From: a virus
IMG/VR virus record: IMGVR_UViG_3300036857_000203
Span: 8,436 to 72,435 of that record
Strand: one strand, 5' to 3'
Length of the DNA: 64,000 nucleotides
Shown piece after piece: positions 25,970-34,253 of the stretch; the stretch's first letter is position 1; each line of letters starts with the position of its first letter. Made by a program: the position numbers and the translations under genes. The notes below the pieces were generated by a model. That model did no database searches, was not told where the DNA came from, and worked only from the letters and a program-made list of their open reading frames with translations.

Positions 25970-26324
25970 TGGGTGGATTACGGTAATCGTCGCTGCGGTG
26001 CAGCAATAAGTTCCTGGGTGGGGATAGTGGGGATAGCGCGCAAAGGGCTTCCCGAATCAGACGCAATCGCTTAAACGCATCAAGCCCCACAAGGATCGCT
26101 CCCTGCAGGGCTTGGTTTATGTCCGCGAGCTTGGTCGGCGCTCGGACACAAGGTCTGAAACACAAGACCTTGTACTCCGCCCCCCGACCAACAGCAAGCG
26201 GTAGATGCGCTCGATGGAACGCGACCATCGAGGCGGTGCGCTCTCAACGTTGCCGGAACCGCACCTTCCGGCACGCTAGCGGAGCATTGGCGGTGCCTCG
26301 CGCGCGCGTGCGCGGCAGCGGATA

Positions 26325-26475
26325 TCTGGAGAGAAAGAGAGGGGTCTACCGAGTAGAGCACTATCTCTCACACTCACTGTTACCTTTGGATAGAACAGAA
26401 AGGTTCTTAGTAATTAGAAAGAATCTTTCTAGAACATCTAAGGAAGATAGGAAGAGGAGAGAATGGTGGTAAGGC
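26325..26475. other. AT-rich purine-skewed tract, candidate replication origin
   Basis: Sharp GC drop with repeated AGAA/TAGAA words near the strand switch. Confidence 0.35.
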
Positions 26476-26508
26476 ACTAGAGGGGCAGAACCGGGTTGTA
26501 ACAACTGA

Positions 26509-26985
26509 GTGGATACTGCCACGATGGCACGAGACAACTGGAGACGCATAGCGCAAGAGGCCTGGAATGCTCCTGGCTGGAAGCAAGCGGCCACTGAATA
26601 CGCTCGTGATCCGCATGGATTACTTGATGACATGCCAGCAAGGGACCCTTGGGTGCGCCGGCATCAGTGGGAGAGACACAAGCGGCTTGTGCAGTTGGAG
26701 CGGGTACTGATTGGCATTGCTGTGCATGGGCCAAGCACGATGCAAGAGCCTGAGCATGCGAAGTTCATTGCGTGGGCCAAGGTGAGCTGGCGGTATACAT
26801 ATACGCAGATCATGGCCAAGCAGCGCGAGGAGTGGTTGAGGCGCGAGGCCGAATCGCGTCAAGCTCCTGCTGCCCATCCTGCTGGCTGTGCGTGTTGGGA
26901 CTGTGTGCTGGCGCTGTATGGGGCAGCTGCCAAGCACCGTGCGGTGCTCGACCAGAGGGCGAGGGCAAAGGACGAGGCGTTCTGA
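26509..26985 (+). CDS. Hypothetical protein with HPxGCxCWxC motif
   Basis: 158-aa ORF. Confidence 0.6.
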   Translation: MDTATMARDNWRRIAQEAWNAPGWKQAATEYARDPHGLLDDMPARDPWVRRHQWERHKRLVQLERVLIGIAVHGPSTMQEPEHAKFIAWAKVSWRYTYTQIMAKQREEWLRREAESRQAPAAHPAGCACWDCVLALYGAAAKHRAVLDQRARAKDEAF

Positions 26986-27161
26986 TGAGCCCGGAGCAGG
27001 ATGATAAGGGAGCGTGGTTCATTACGTTGCCCAATGGCGAGCGGGCGGAATTTGGCAGCAACGCTGAGGCGTGGCGCTGGCTTGACCGGCATGAGCGGCG
27101 CGAGACGTGGGTGAGCAGCAAGGCACAGTGGCGCATGCCGGCAAAGTACGATGCGCCGTGA
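26985..27161 (+). CDS. Hypothetical protein
   Basis: FGSNAEAWRWLDRH motif; TGATG coupling. Confidence 0.6.
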   Translation: MSPEQDDKGAWFITLPNGERAEFGSNAEAWRWLDRHERRETWVSSKAQWRMPAKYDAP

Positions 27162-27514
27162 TGGTATCGTGGTGGGACACATATTAGTGTCACGGTGGCA
27201 GATAAGTTCCAATGGAAATGGAGGTACCAAGGTACGCGGTTGTGGTCTACAACCAACAGCTGAAATGGCCGTACAGCGGTTTCTAGCGCTGGACCTTATG
27301 CAGGGTAGCTCCCCGTAGTCAGACCCCGCAGAATCGCTTCTAATGGCGAATGGCGATGGGGTCGTGTAGTCACATATTGACATGTAAAGCGTCAGATGGT
27401 TGCAGATGTAACGATCGGGCTATGAGCTAAGTGCCTGATATTGTTGGTAGTCGCCGGAAACTACAATCAACTACGTAGCTATACGTTGCTACGCATGTAG
27501 TTGGGGGTACGCAG

Positions 27515-27706
27515 ATGCCACAGACACAGGACTTTGCGGTTGGCCCCGGCCCGGACGGCAAGCCGCTCTTGCATGTCGCGCACTGCCCAGCGGTGCGTGC
27601 CCAGGCCGAGGCGGGCGAGCCGGTGATGACGCTGATCGGCTGCGAGCGCCACCCGCGCGAGCTTGACGTTGCCAAGCACGATTGCCTGCGCGAGACCCTG
27701 TCATGA
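27515..27706 (+). CDS. Hypothetical protein (H/C metal motif)
   Basis: LHVAHCP...HDCL. Confidence 0.55.
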   Translation: MPQTQDFAVGPGPDGKPLLHVAHCPAVRAQAEAGEPVMTLIGCERHPRELDVAKHDCLRETLS

Positions 27707-27951
27707 TCGAGCCCACCTACACGATCGAGCACGACGACGGCAGCGGCGACCTGCCGGGCTGGTACGTGCGCCGCACCCTCCCTACGCCAGTGCGATCGCC
27801 CCCAGGCGGCGCCGTCTCCATCGCCGGCCCCTTCAAGCATGAGCGCAGCGCCCAACGCTGGCTGACCTTGCGCAGGCTCGAAGGCTCGCTGACCCGCATG
27901 CTGCCCATCCCACCCGCCAGCATGATGCGGCGCGAAGGTCCAACAGCATGA
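27703..27951 (+). CDS. Hypothetical protein
   Basis: ATGA coupling; AGPF..ERSAQRW. Confidence 0.55.
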   Translation: MIEPTYTIEHDDGSGDLPGWYVRRTLPTPVRSPPGGAVSIAGPFKHERSAQRWLTLRRLEGSLTRMLPIPPASMMRREGPTA

Positions 27952-28148
27952 GAACAAGGGATGGCCAATGGCTGCGTGGACGCCTGTGCGGCAAGGGCAC
28001 ATCAGTGGGCCGCGACACCACAGTGCGGTTCGTCTGCGCTCAGTGCGGTGCAACAGCTGCCAGCGCCCAGATGCTGTGCTATCCAATCCCGGCGCAATCG
28101 CCCAGCGGAGCCCGTACAGCCCTCGACGGCGACCCGGAGCTGGGGTAG
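27948..28148 (+). CDS. Small Cys-containing protein
   Basis: LC...FVCAQCG...LCYP. Confidence 0.45.
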   Translation: MRTRDGQWLRGRLCGKGTSVGRDTTVRFVCAQCGATAASAQMLCYPIPAQSPSGARTALDGDPELG

Positions 28149-28184
28149 AGGTCGACAGGTCGCGGTCCAGCAGAAACAGCTGTA

Positions 28185-28643
28185 ATGGCTAAGAGAACAC
28201 GGTCTAAAGCCAGACCGAAACAAGCCGTAGTCCAGGCACCCGACGATGCACCCGCCCAAGTCGCTAGACGCCGCGCCAACGGCCAATGGCGGCCAGGGTA
28301 TTCAGGCACGATGGGCACCGACGCGGCACGCGCACGGCGTCAACTGAATCTCTCGACCATCTCGGCCCTACAGTCCGCCTTCGACCGTTACGGTAGATCG
28401 GCCATCGAGAAGGTCGCGCGTCAGCAGCCCGCGATCTTCCTCAAGATGTTGGTATTGCTTGTCCCGCGCGAGCTTGAGATTACCCAGGCGCAGGGCCCGC
28501 GCGGGATGAGTGACGAGGCATTGGAGCAGGCTGTCCAGGCCATCGAGGGCTTCCTGGCCAAGCGCGCCGCCGGCCCTGGCGCCGACGCGCGGGTGATCGA
28601 GGCGCAGCCAGCGGCGGATGATCCATCCGCTGACAAGCCTTGA
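28185..28643 (+). CDS. terS: Putative terminase small subunit (divergent DUF5681-like N-terminal motif)
   Basis: NGQWRPGYSG...AFDRYGRSAIEKV..QQPAIFLKMLVLLVPRE...MSDEAL. Confidence 0.65.
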   Translation: MAKRTRSKARPKQAVVQAPDDAPAQVARRRANGQWRPGYSGTMGTDAARARRQLNLSTISALQSAFDRYGRSAIEKVARQQPAIFLKMLVLLVPRELEITQAQGPRGMSDEALEQAVQAIEGFLAKRAAGPGADARVIEAQPAADDPSADKP

Positions 28644-28795
28644 TCCATAAGGGATATTCGGCGAAGTTCCCGTTCTGCCCATATCCTTACCCACACCCCA
28701 GGTCGCGACCCCACCCCAGCGCCGTTACCGTAATCCATTGATATTACGGGAGAACCGCGCGCCGCGCCACGCAGCCCCAGGGCAGGGCGCCCGGG

Positions 28796-28820
28796 CCCCC
28801 GAGGGGGGGTGGGGGGGGCG
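28796..28820. other. Poly-G tract downstream of terS, candidate packaging-initiation region
   Basis: cccccgaggggggggtggggggggcg-like G runs; G-rich skew on plus strand follows. Confidence 0.35.
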
Positions 28821-28959
28821 GCACAGAGAGCAGCTCATGGCTCAGGCCCCTCCCCCAAATCCCTCGCATTTCTCGGTCCCCGACCCACAACCAACTGATC
28901 TTACTATGATTTCGTCCGGGTTGCGCAGCAGACCCCCGGCCTTATTTCTGCGTACCTCC

Positions 28960-29460
28960 TTATTTGTGAAATTTCGCGCGGTGTTTCCGGGAGCGCAGGG
29001 TGGAGGGGCTGGGGTTTGCAACACGAGGACGTCCGCCTGGGTTTGCAACGCCCCCCTTTGCAACGCGCTTGGGGTTTGCAACAGTGGGGTTTGCAACGGG
29101 TGGTGACGATGGCGAGGTATGCGGGGTATCTGCGGCCGGTCCGGGATGCGATCTTGTACCGGCGTCGGCTGGGGTGGTCGTGTTTGGAGATTGCGCGTGA
29201 CCTGATGGCGCGTGGGTTGGTGGAGCGGATGTGGGATGAGCGGCTGGCGAACTCGGTGCGGTATCTGTTGCGGCGGGAGGGGCAATGGGAGCCGCTGCCT
29301 TGGTGGAATAACGATCCGGCACGAGTGGCCGACGTTTCGGCTTGGGAGGAGGAGCTGGTGCTTTGGCTTCGGCGCGGGGGGTGCCGTGTGAGGGGTTGAG
29401 GTCTGGACATTCGGTCGTCCAGTGGTCGTATGTCTGGCAGTGGCGGCAGTAGGGTTTCAT
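28960..29460 (-). CDS. Hypothetical protein: Zn-knuckle-like N-terminus, VANP repeats, basic tail
   Basis: CRHCQTYDHWTTEC; VANP x4; GRPR..STLRSRKHR. Confidence 0.5.
   Translation of the reverse strand: MKPYCRHCQTYDHWTTECPDLNPSHGTPRAEAKAPAPPPKPKRRPLVPDRYSTKAAAPIAPPAATDTAPSSPAAHPTSAPPTHAPSGHAQSPNTTTPADAGTRSHPGPAADTPHTSPSSPPVANPTVANPKRVAKGGVANPGGRPRVANPSPSTLRSRKHRAKFHK
29011..29097. repeat. Five copies of TTTGCAAC (four as GGGTTTGCAAC)
   Basis: Direct repeats with palindromic TTGCAA core. Confidence 0.85.
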
Positions 29461-29474
29461 GAAAGGGTTCTCCG

Positions 29475-29759
29475 ATGGACGAGGAGCGCATTCATCACGA
29501 GGTGGTTCGCGGGGTTGAGCGGGTGGATGATCCGCTGATTGTGCAGCAGTGCAAGGTTGCGCTGGCGAGGTGTGTGGCGCTGGACGGGGTGTTTGTGGGG
29601 GTGGCGTTCGAGGGCTTCCAGGGGCTTGGTGGCGAGCGTGAGGAGGTTGCTGGCGAGCTGGTGCTCACGGTTGAGCTGGCGGAGGCGGTGGCTGAGTTGC
29701 TGGTCAAGGCGGTGGCGAAGGCCAGGGCGGCGGGAGCGGACCATGATACCCAGCAGTGA
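29475..29759 (+). CDS. Hypothetical protein
   Basis: CATGAAAGG leader at 29458. Confidence 0.55.
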   Translation: MDEERIHHEVVRGVERVDDPLIVQQCKVALARCVALDGVFVGVAFEGFQGLGGEREEVAGELVLTVELAEAVAELLVKAVAKARAAGADHDTQQ

Positions 29760-29976
29760 GGCGGTGGCCGAGAACGTGCGCAGGCACTGCGAGGCGATGG
29801 CTGAGGAGATCGCCCGGCGGTGCGAGGTGAAGGGGCTGGATCGGGTTCTGGTGATCCGCGAGAACGCGGTGATGGTGCTGCTCGACTGGTTCCTGGGAGA
29901 CTGGGTTCCACCGCACGGAAACAGTGCTAAGCTCCCGCTGGAAGGTGATTCTAACATTCCAGCTCAGGGAGATTGA
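29743..29976 (+). CDS. Hypothetical protein
   Basis: GGAG RBS; overlaps previous gene. Confidence 0.5.
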   Translation: MIPSSEAVAENVRRHCEAMAEEIARRCEVKGLDRVLVIRENAVMVLLDWFLGDWVPPHGNSAKLPLEGDSNIPAQGD

Positions 29977-29978
29977 GC

Positions 29979-30305
29979 ATGCCCAGGAGCCGCACGCGAC
30001 CGATCGTCGGGGATATTGTCTGGTTGCTGGATGCCTCGCCGCCGACCGCCTATCCGACGGCGGCGATCGTGGTGGGGATTGCCACCCCGGCCGGTTCCGG
30101 CTTCGGCATCGGCATGCCGGGCGCCGGGCCGATCCTCGACCTGTGCGCGTTCCTGGCCACCGGCAATACCGCGCCTGCGCTCGGGGTGAGGTTCTATTAC
30201 GGCACCCGCCCGCCACCCGGGGCGGTGAACTGGTGTACCATGCCGCGGGTGAACATGCCGGCCAGCCCGACCTCGTTCCCGAGCGGCGCGGCAGTCGGCG
30301 AGTGA
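29979..30305 (+). CDS. Hypothetical phage protein
   Basis: PIVGDIVW...AAIVV...LDLCAF pattern. Confidence 0.65.
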   Translation: MPRSRTRPIVGDIVWLLDASPPTAYPTAAIVVGIATPAGSGFGIGMPGAGPILDLCAFLATGNTAPALGVRFYYGTRPPPGAVNWCTMPRVNMPASPTSFPSGAAVGE

Positions 30306-30344
30306 TCCAGTTCATCCCGTTTGCGCAAACAGGAGGAGACCACC

Positions 30345-30662
30345 ATGGCGGGCGCGGCGAAGAGCGAAGGCGGCGAGACCCTGCACGAGCAGAGGAACCT
30401 GACCGAAGAGGAAATCGCGGAGCGCACGGCGGCCAAGCTCAAGGCTGACGAGGAGAAGAGCCAGAAGGTGCGTGACGAGCTGGACGCCGAGAGGAAGAAG
30501 GCCGAGGAGCAGGCCAAGAAGGAGGCCGAGGAGGTCAGGGCCGACAAGGAGAAGGCCGAGCAGGAGGCCAAGAAGGGCGCCAAGGCCAAGAAGGAGGAGC
30601 CCGCCGCGTCCCAGCCGGCCGCCGCCGCCCCAGCCGGCAGCCACGGCAGCCGGGCGCGCTAG
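30345..30662 (+). CDS. Low-complexity E/K/A-rich protein
   Basis: AGGAGGAG RBS; KKAEEQAKKEAEE repeats. Confidence 0.7.
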   Translation: MAGAAKSEGGETLHEQRNLTEEEIAERTAAKLKADEEKSQKVRDELDAERKKAEEQAKKEAEEVRADKEKAEQEAKKGAKAKKEEPAASQPAAAAPAGSHGSRAR

Positions 30663-30925
30663 CTCTCGCCTCGCAGCTTCCCGGCCAGCGCGCGGCAGTC
30701 GCCGGCATACATCGCTCGGTTGGCGAACAGCTCCAGCTTGGCTGGTGTTGCCAGATTGGCAGCCAGCGCATCGAGGAAGGCGGCGGCCTCGGTGTTCTGC
30801 GCCCGCAGTCGCTCGATCTCGTCGGCGCCGTCAAACGGCGCGTCATCTGGCGTGAAGCCCATCCCTGTCAATTCGCGGTAGCCCCACTCGTGTGGACCCA
30901 TCAGCCGTTTAACGATATCGCTCAT
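30659..30925 (-). CDS. AAFLD/DCR family paralog 1
   Basis: AAAFLDALA...AGDCRALAGKLRGE. Confidence 0.7.
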   Translation of the reverse strand: MSDIVKRLMGPHEWGYRELTGMGFTPDDAPFDGADEIERLRAQNTEAAAFLDALAANLATPAKLELFANRAMYAGDCRALAGKLRGES

Positions 30926-31242
30926 GGCTTCATTCCAAACTCGGCGTCATCACAGGGCGCGACATCGGGGTCGTACTCGCGCTCGCCCCGCAGCTTCGCC
31001 GCCATTGCGCGGCAATCGGCGGCGGCTTGCTGTTGCTCCTTCAGGTGATTGCCGATGGCTGGCCAGCGCGTCATGTGGTGCGCCAGCACGTCAAGGAAGG
31101 CGGCGGCTTCGGTGATCTGTTCGCGCTGTTGCGACCGTTCGCGCGCAAGCTCGCTGGCGTCCCTTGCAAGCTCGCGATAACACTCCGCGCACATCGCGGG
31201 GGCGGTATGGCCGCATGACCAATCCCACGTTCCCGGCCTCAT
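30922..31242 (-). CDS. AAFLD/DCR family paralog 2
   Basis: AAAFLDVLA...AADCRAMAAKLRGE. Confidence 0.7.
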   Translation of the reverse strand: MRPGTWDWSCGHTAPAMCAECYRELARDASELARERSQQREQITEAAAFLDVLAHHMTRWPAIGNHLKEQQQAAADCRAMAAKLRGEREYDPDVAPCDDAEFGMKP

Positions 31243-31481
31243 GTCTCGCCCCGCAGCTTGCGCGCCAGCGCGCGGCAGTCGGCGGCTTTATTCGGCCAAT
31301 CGTCGCGCTCGAAGATATCCGCCAGTCCGTCGAGGAAGGCGGCGGCGCGGCGGTTGCGCTCCTCGGCAAGCTCCAGCTTGTTCCAGACTGTCTGGTTCTC
31401 GGCGCGCAGATGCTCCAGCTCGTTGCGCTCGTCCTGCGCCCGCATCGGCCAGGGCTTGTCAGGTTCGCTCTTGTTGTTCAT
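31239..31481 (-). CDS. AAFLD/DCR family paralog 3
   Basis: AAAFLDGLA...AADCRALARKLRGE. Confidence 0.7.
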   Translation of the reverse strand: MNNKSEPDKPWPMRAQDERNELEHLRAENQTVWNKLELAEERNRRAAAFLDGLADIFERDDWPNKAADCRALARKLRGET

Positions 31482-31663
31482 GGCATGTACATACATGCAT
31501 GGTGGGCCATGGTGGGGATGTGCAAGCTCCATCCCCGGGGAAGGGGCGGCTTGCCGGGCTTCGCGGCTCGCCTGTTGCAGGTCCGCCGAGCCCGGCCTTG
31601 TTGGAACCATGAAAGGTATAACGGGCTCCTCGCGCGCTGCCGCCGCGCCTGCGTAGGGGCACC

Positions 31664-31867
31664 CTAATCGACGGCGTCGTATGCCTGCAACGCCGCCTGC
31701 AGGCCACTGGCACAGGCGCGGCAGTCCGCCGCCGCCTTCCGAAACTCGGGGATCGATGCCTGCAGCGATCGAGTGCTCAGATTATCCAGGCGGCTCGCCA
31801 TGCCGCGCAGAAAGCCGGCGGCCAGGGTGAGGTTGGCAACGAGGTGGTCCTCGCGGTCGCTTGCCAT
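31664..31867 (-). CDS. AAFLD/DCR family paralog 4 (divergent)
   Basis: AAGFLRGMA...AADCRACASGL. Confidence 0.6.
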   Translation of the reverse strand: MASDREDHLVANLTLAAGFLRGMASRLDNLSTRSLQASIPEFRKAAADCRACASGLQAALQAYDAVD

Positions 31868-31925
31868 CGGGGGGTCCTTTCATCTGGGTTGTATAAGTGA
31901 TTGGTCGCAGCGAAGTTCGCAGGGT

Positions 31926-32318
31926 TCATGCCAGCTCGCCCAGCTCCTTGAAGCCCACCAGGATGTCGGGCGGCGTGGGAAGCTCCCCGCGCGTGTAGCG
32001 CCACATGTGCAGCACATTGGAGTAGTTGTTGATGTAGCGGCTCTTGGGTGGATGAAATTGGATCACGCAGTCTTCCGGCTCCCAGCAGCGGTCCTTGACC
32101 CAACTCATCTCCAGCCAGTTCGGAATGCGGCGCCTTGTCGACACCGAGCAATGTTCCCAGCCCTGGGCTTCGGGATCGCTGGCGTCAGCCACGATGATGG
32201 TCAGCTTCTCGCCGCACGGCCCGGGCACCTCGTGGAAGGCGCCATAGCTGGCGCCCGGCGGGCTACGGTACTCGCCGCGCACAATACGGTAATGCTCAAG
32301 ATGTGGATCGATCTTCAC
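31926..32318 (-). CDS. Conserved phage protein (DUF7694-like)
   Basis: GWEHCSVS..RIPNWLEMSWVKD.CW...IQFHPPKSRYIN...VLHMW. Confidence 0.75.
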   Translation of the reverse strand: MKIDPHLEHYRIVRGEYRSPPGASYGAFHEVPGPCGEKLTIIVADASDPEAQGWEHCSVSTRRRIPNWLEMSWVKDRCWEPEDCVIQFHPPKSRYINNYSNVLHMWRYTRGELPTPPDILVGFKELGELA

Positions 32319-32327
32319 GCGCTCTCC

Positions 32328-32459
32328 TCATGGCGGCCAGCGCCTGCGATTTCGGCGGGCAATGTGGACCAGATGATGATGAACCGCGACCGAGACCCAG
32401 AAGCCCAGGTTGAACATGATCGTGCTCCACAGGAACAGCCATGCCCAGAAGTCTTCCAT
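32328..32459 (-). CDS. Small membrane protein
   Basis: GAGGG RBS; one TM. Confidence 0.45.
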   Translation of the reverse strand: MEDFWAWLFLWSTIMFNLGFWVSVAVHHHLVHIARRNRRRWPP

Positions 32460-32646
32460 AACCCCCTCCCTCAGAAAGAAACCGCCGCCGGGTACGGACT
32501 GGGTTCCCGGCGGCGGCGGCTGTTCCCCTACGTAGGCGTACGACGCGGGAACAGTGCGGCAACGGCTTTGCATAGCATGGTAGACGACACTATGCACGCA
32601 TATACCTGTGGATAAACGTATGTCAGGTACCCGACCCCCAAACGGG

Positions 32647-33012
32647 TCAACGGTCATGGCCAAACAGCTTCTTCATCGCTTCGTTCCACTTCAGGTGCGC
32701 AGCCTGCAGCGCTGCGCTGGGCGGCCGGTCGGCAAGCCGCAGATCGGCCATCAAACCGTCGATCAGCACCGTCGAGGTGTTCAGGGCGTTGCCGAGAAGC
32801 GTATTGCGCTCGACGTGCTGCGCCAGATTCTGCGCCATGAACTTGTAGGCCATGTCCTTGCGCTTCACCTCCTCTTCCAGGCCAGCGATCTTGCCGTGGG
32901 CGGCATGTAGCTCCTGCTCCAGCTGCTTGATCTCGAAACTGTGCACATTGGCCCGCTCACGCAGCTCTTTCGTCAGGTCCTCAAGGTCCTGGGCGTGGTC
33001 CTCCTCGCTCAC
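32647..33012 (-). CDS. Coiled-coil protein, paralog of 33024-33257
   Basis: AL..S..LI..LM..L......S..L..AH..W..AM. Confidence 0.65.
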   Translation of the reverse strand: MSEEDHAQDLEDLTKELRERANVHSFEIKQLEQELHAAHGKIAGLEEEVKRKDMAYKFMAQNLAQHVERNTLLGNALNTSTVLIDGLMADLRLADRPPSAALQAAHLKWNEAMKKLFGHDR

Positions 33013-33023
33013 TTTGCGTTCCT

Positions 33024-33257
33024 TCAGCGCCGGATCGCCTGCATCGCCCGCCTCCAGGCCTCGTGCGCGGTCGCCAGCCCGGGGCTCATCACCTGTCCCT
33101 CTGGTAGCCATAGCATCAGCGCCTCGATCAGCTGGCAGGAACGATCGAGCGCGTGGATCACCAACGCAGCATCGCGCCGGCATGCTGCCAGCTCGTCCTT
33201 GAGCTGCGCGACCTCGTGCAGTGCCTCGACCCCGTCGTCCATGCCCGCTGCTACCAT
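33024..33257 (-). CDS. Hypothetical protein, paralog of 32647-33012
   Basis: Same C-terminal pattern. Confidence 0.65.
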   Translation of the reverse strand: MVAAGMDDGVEALHEVAQLKDELAACRRDAALVIHALDRSCQLIEALMLWLPEGQVMSPGLATAHEAWRRAMQAIRR

Positions 33258-33260
33258 GTA

Positions 33261-33289
33261 TTGATTATGGATACAACGGCGCGTATTGT
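33261..33289 (+). promoter_or_regulatory. Sigma70 promoter giving a leaderless transcript
   Basis: TTGATT-N17-TATTGT, ATG 7 nt after the -10 box. Confidence 0.6.
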
Positions 33290-33295
33290 CGAATC

Positions 33296-33496
33296 ATGGG
33301 GACAAAGCGCAAGCTTCCCACCGGGCCGGTCAAGGCCCTGCGCTCGTCGGCGATGATGATCCGCGTCACCGACGTCCAACGCCGCGCCTTCGAACGCCGG
33401 GCATCGATGTCGGGGCTCAGCACATCGTCGTGGGCCCGGATGATCCTGCTGCGGCAGGTCTCGCGCGAGGAATTGGAGGAGGGAGACGAGAAATGA
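33296..33496 (+). CDS. Ribbon-helix-helix regulator
   Basis: MMIRVTDVQRRAFERRASMSGLSTSSWARMILL. Confidence 0.75.
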   Translation: MGTKRKLPTGPVKALRSSAMMIRVTDVQRRAFERRASMSGLSTSSWARMILLRQVSREELEEGDEK

Positions 33497-33789
33497 GCCT
33501 GGGTGAAGATCGCGTGCGGCTGGGGTTCAATCCCTCAGCGGATAACGTGGTGGATCAGTTCAAGCGGATGACCGCAGATTTGATCGATGCGTGCAACGAG
33601 AACAACAGCATCGGCAAGTCCTCCGAAGAGGGCCGGCTGTGGGCATTGGCTATGACGTACTATGAGATCGCTGCGATGTTCGCGGTGAAAGCAGCAACCG
33701 CATCGCAGAAGCCGAGCATCGATCCTGCGGTGAAAGAATATCCCGCCGACCATCCGGCGTCCGGTGACCTCGGGAGCGTGCCGCTTTGA
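33493..33789 (+). CDS. Acb2/Tad1-like helical hairpin protein (putative signalling-nucleotide sponge)
   Basis: GEDRVR..FNPS...VDQFK..ADLID...RLWALAMTYYEIAAMFAVKAAT. Confidence 0.6.
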   Translation: MSLGEDRVRLGFNPSADNVVDQFKRMTADLIDACNENNSIGKSSEEGRLWALAMTYYEIAAMFAVKAATASQKPSIDPAVKEYPADHPASGDLGSVPL

Positions 33790-34253
33790 GCTGGGTTGAC
33801 GGCGAGGCGGCCTGGATTGCCGCGCACTATCTGCATGGCCACACCCAGCGCCAGATTGCCGATGAGCTGGGGCTTACTCCCGCCTGCATCAATGTCCAGG
33901 TCAGAAGGTTCTGTGAAGTGTGGGCACGGCAATCGGTGGAGCTGGTCTACGACAGTGCGCGCAAGGTCGTCCTGCGCCGCGCACTCGATCGCTATCTCAT
34001 TGGCGGCGGTGTGCCCATTAAGCCGGACACGGCGACTAAGCGCGCCTTGCTGCGGCCAATCCCGTACTTCGATGAGACTTACAGCAAAGCGCGTTATGAG
34101 CACGCTTGGCTGTTGCGGGCCGAGGGCGAATCCCTGCAAGTGATCGGAGATCGCGTCGGGGTCAGCAGGGAGCGGGCGGGCCAGATGATCCTGAAGTACG
34201 GCCGGACCATGACGTGGGCGATGCTGCGCACCCGGTTCAGGATTGCAGCATGA
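33786..34253 (+). CDS. Tandem sigma70 region-4-like HTH protein
   Basis: TQRQIADELGLT and SLQVIGDRVGVSRERAGQM. Confidence 0.7.
   Translation: MSWVDGEAAWIAAHYLHGHTQRQIADELGLTPACINVQVRRFCEVWARQSVELVYDSARKVVLRRALDRYLIGGGVPIKPDTATKRALLRPIPYFDETYSKARYEHAWLLRAEGESLQVIGDRVGVSRERAGQMILKYGRTMTWAMLRTRFRIAA

Noticed and set aside
28755-28800. Possible further orphan pentamer unit (gcgcc gcgcc acgca)
   Set aside because: Only 2-3 in-phase pentamers in GC-rich sequence
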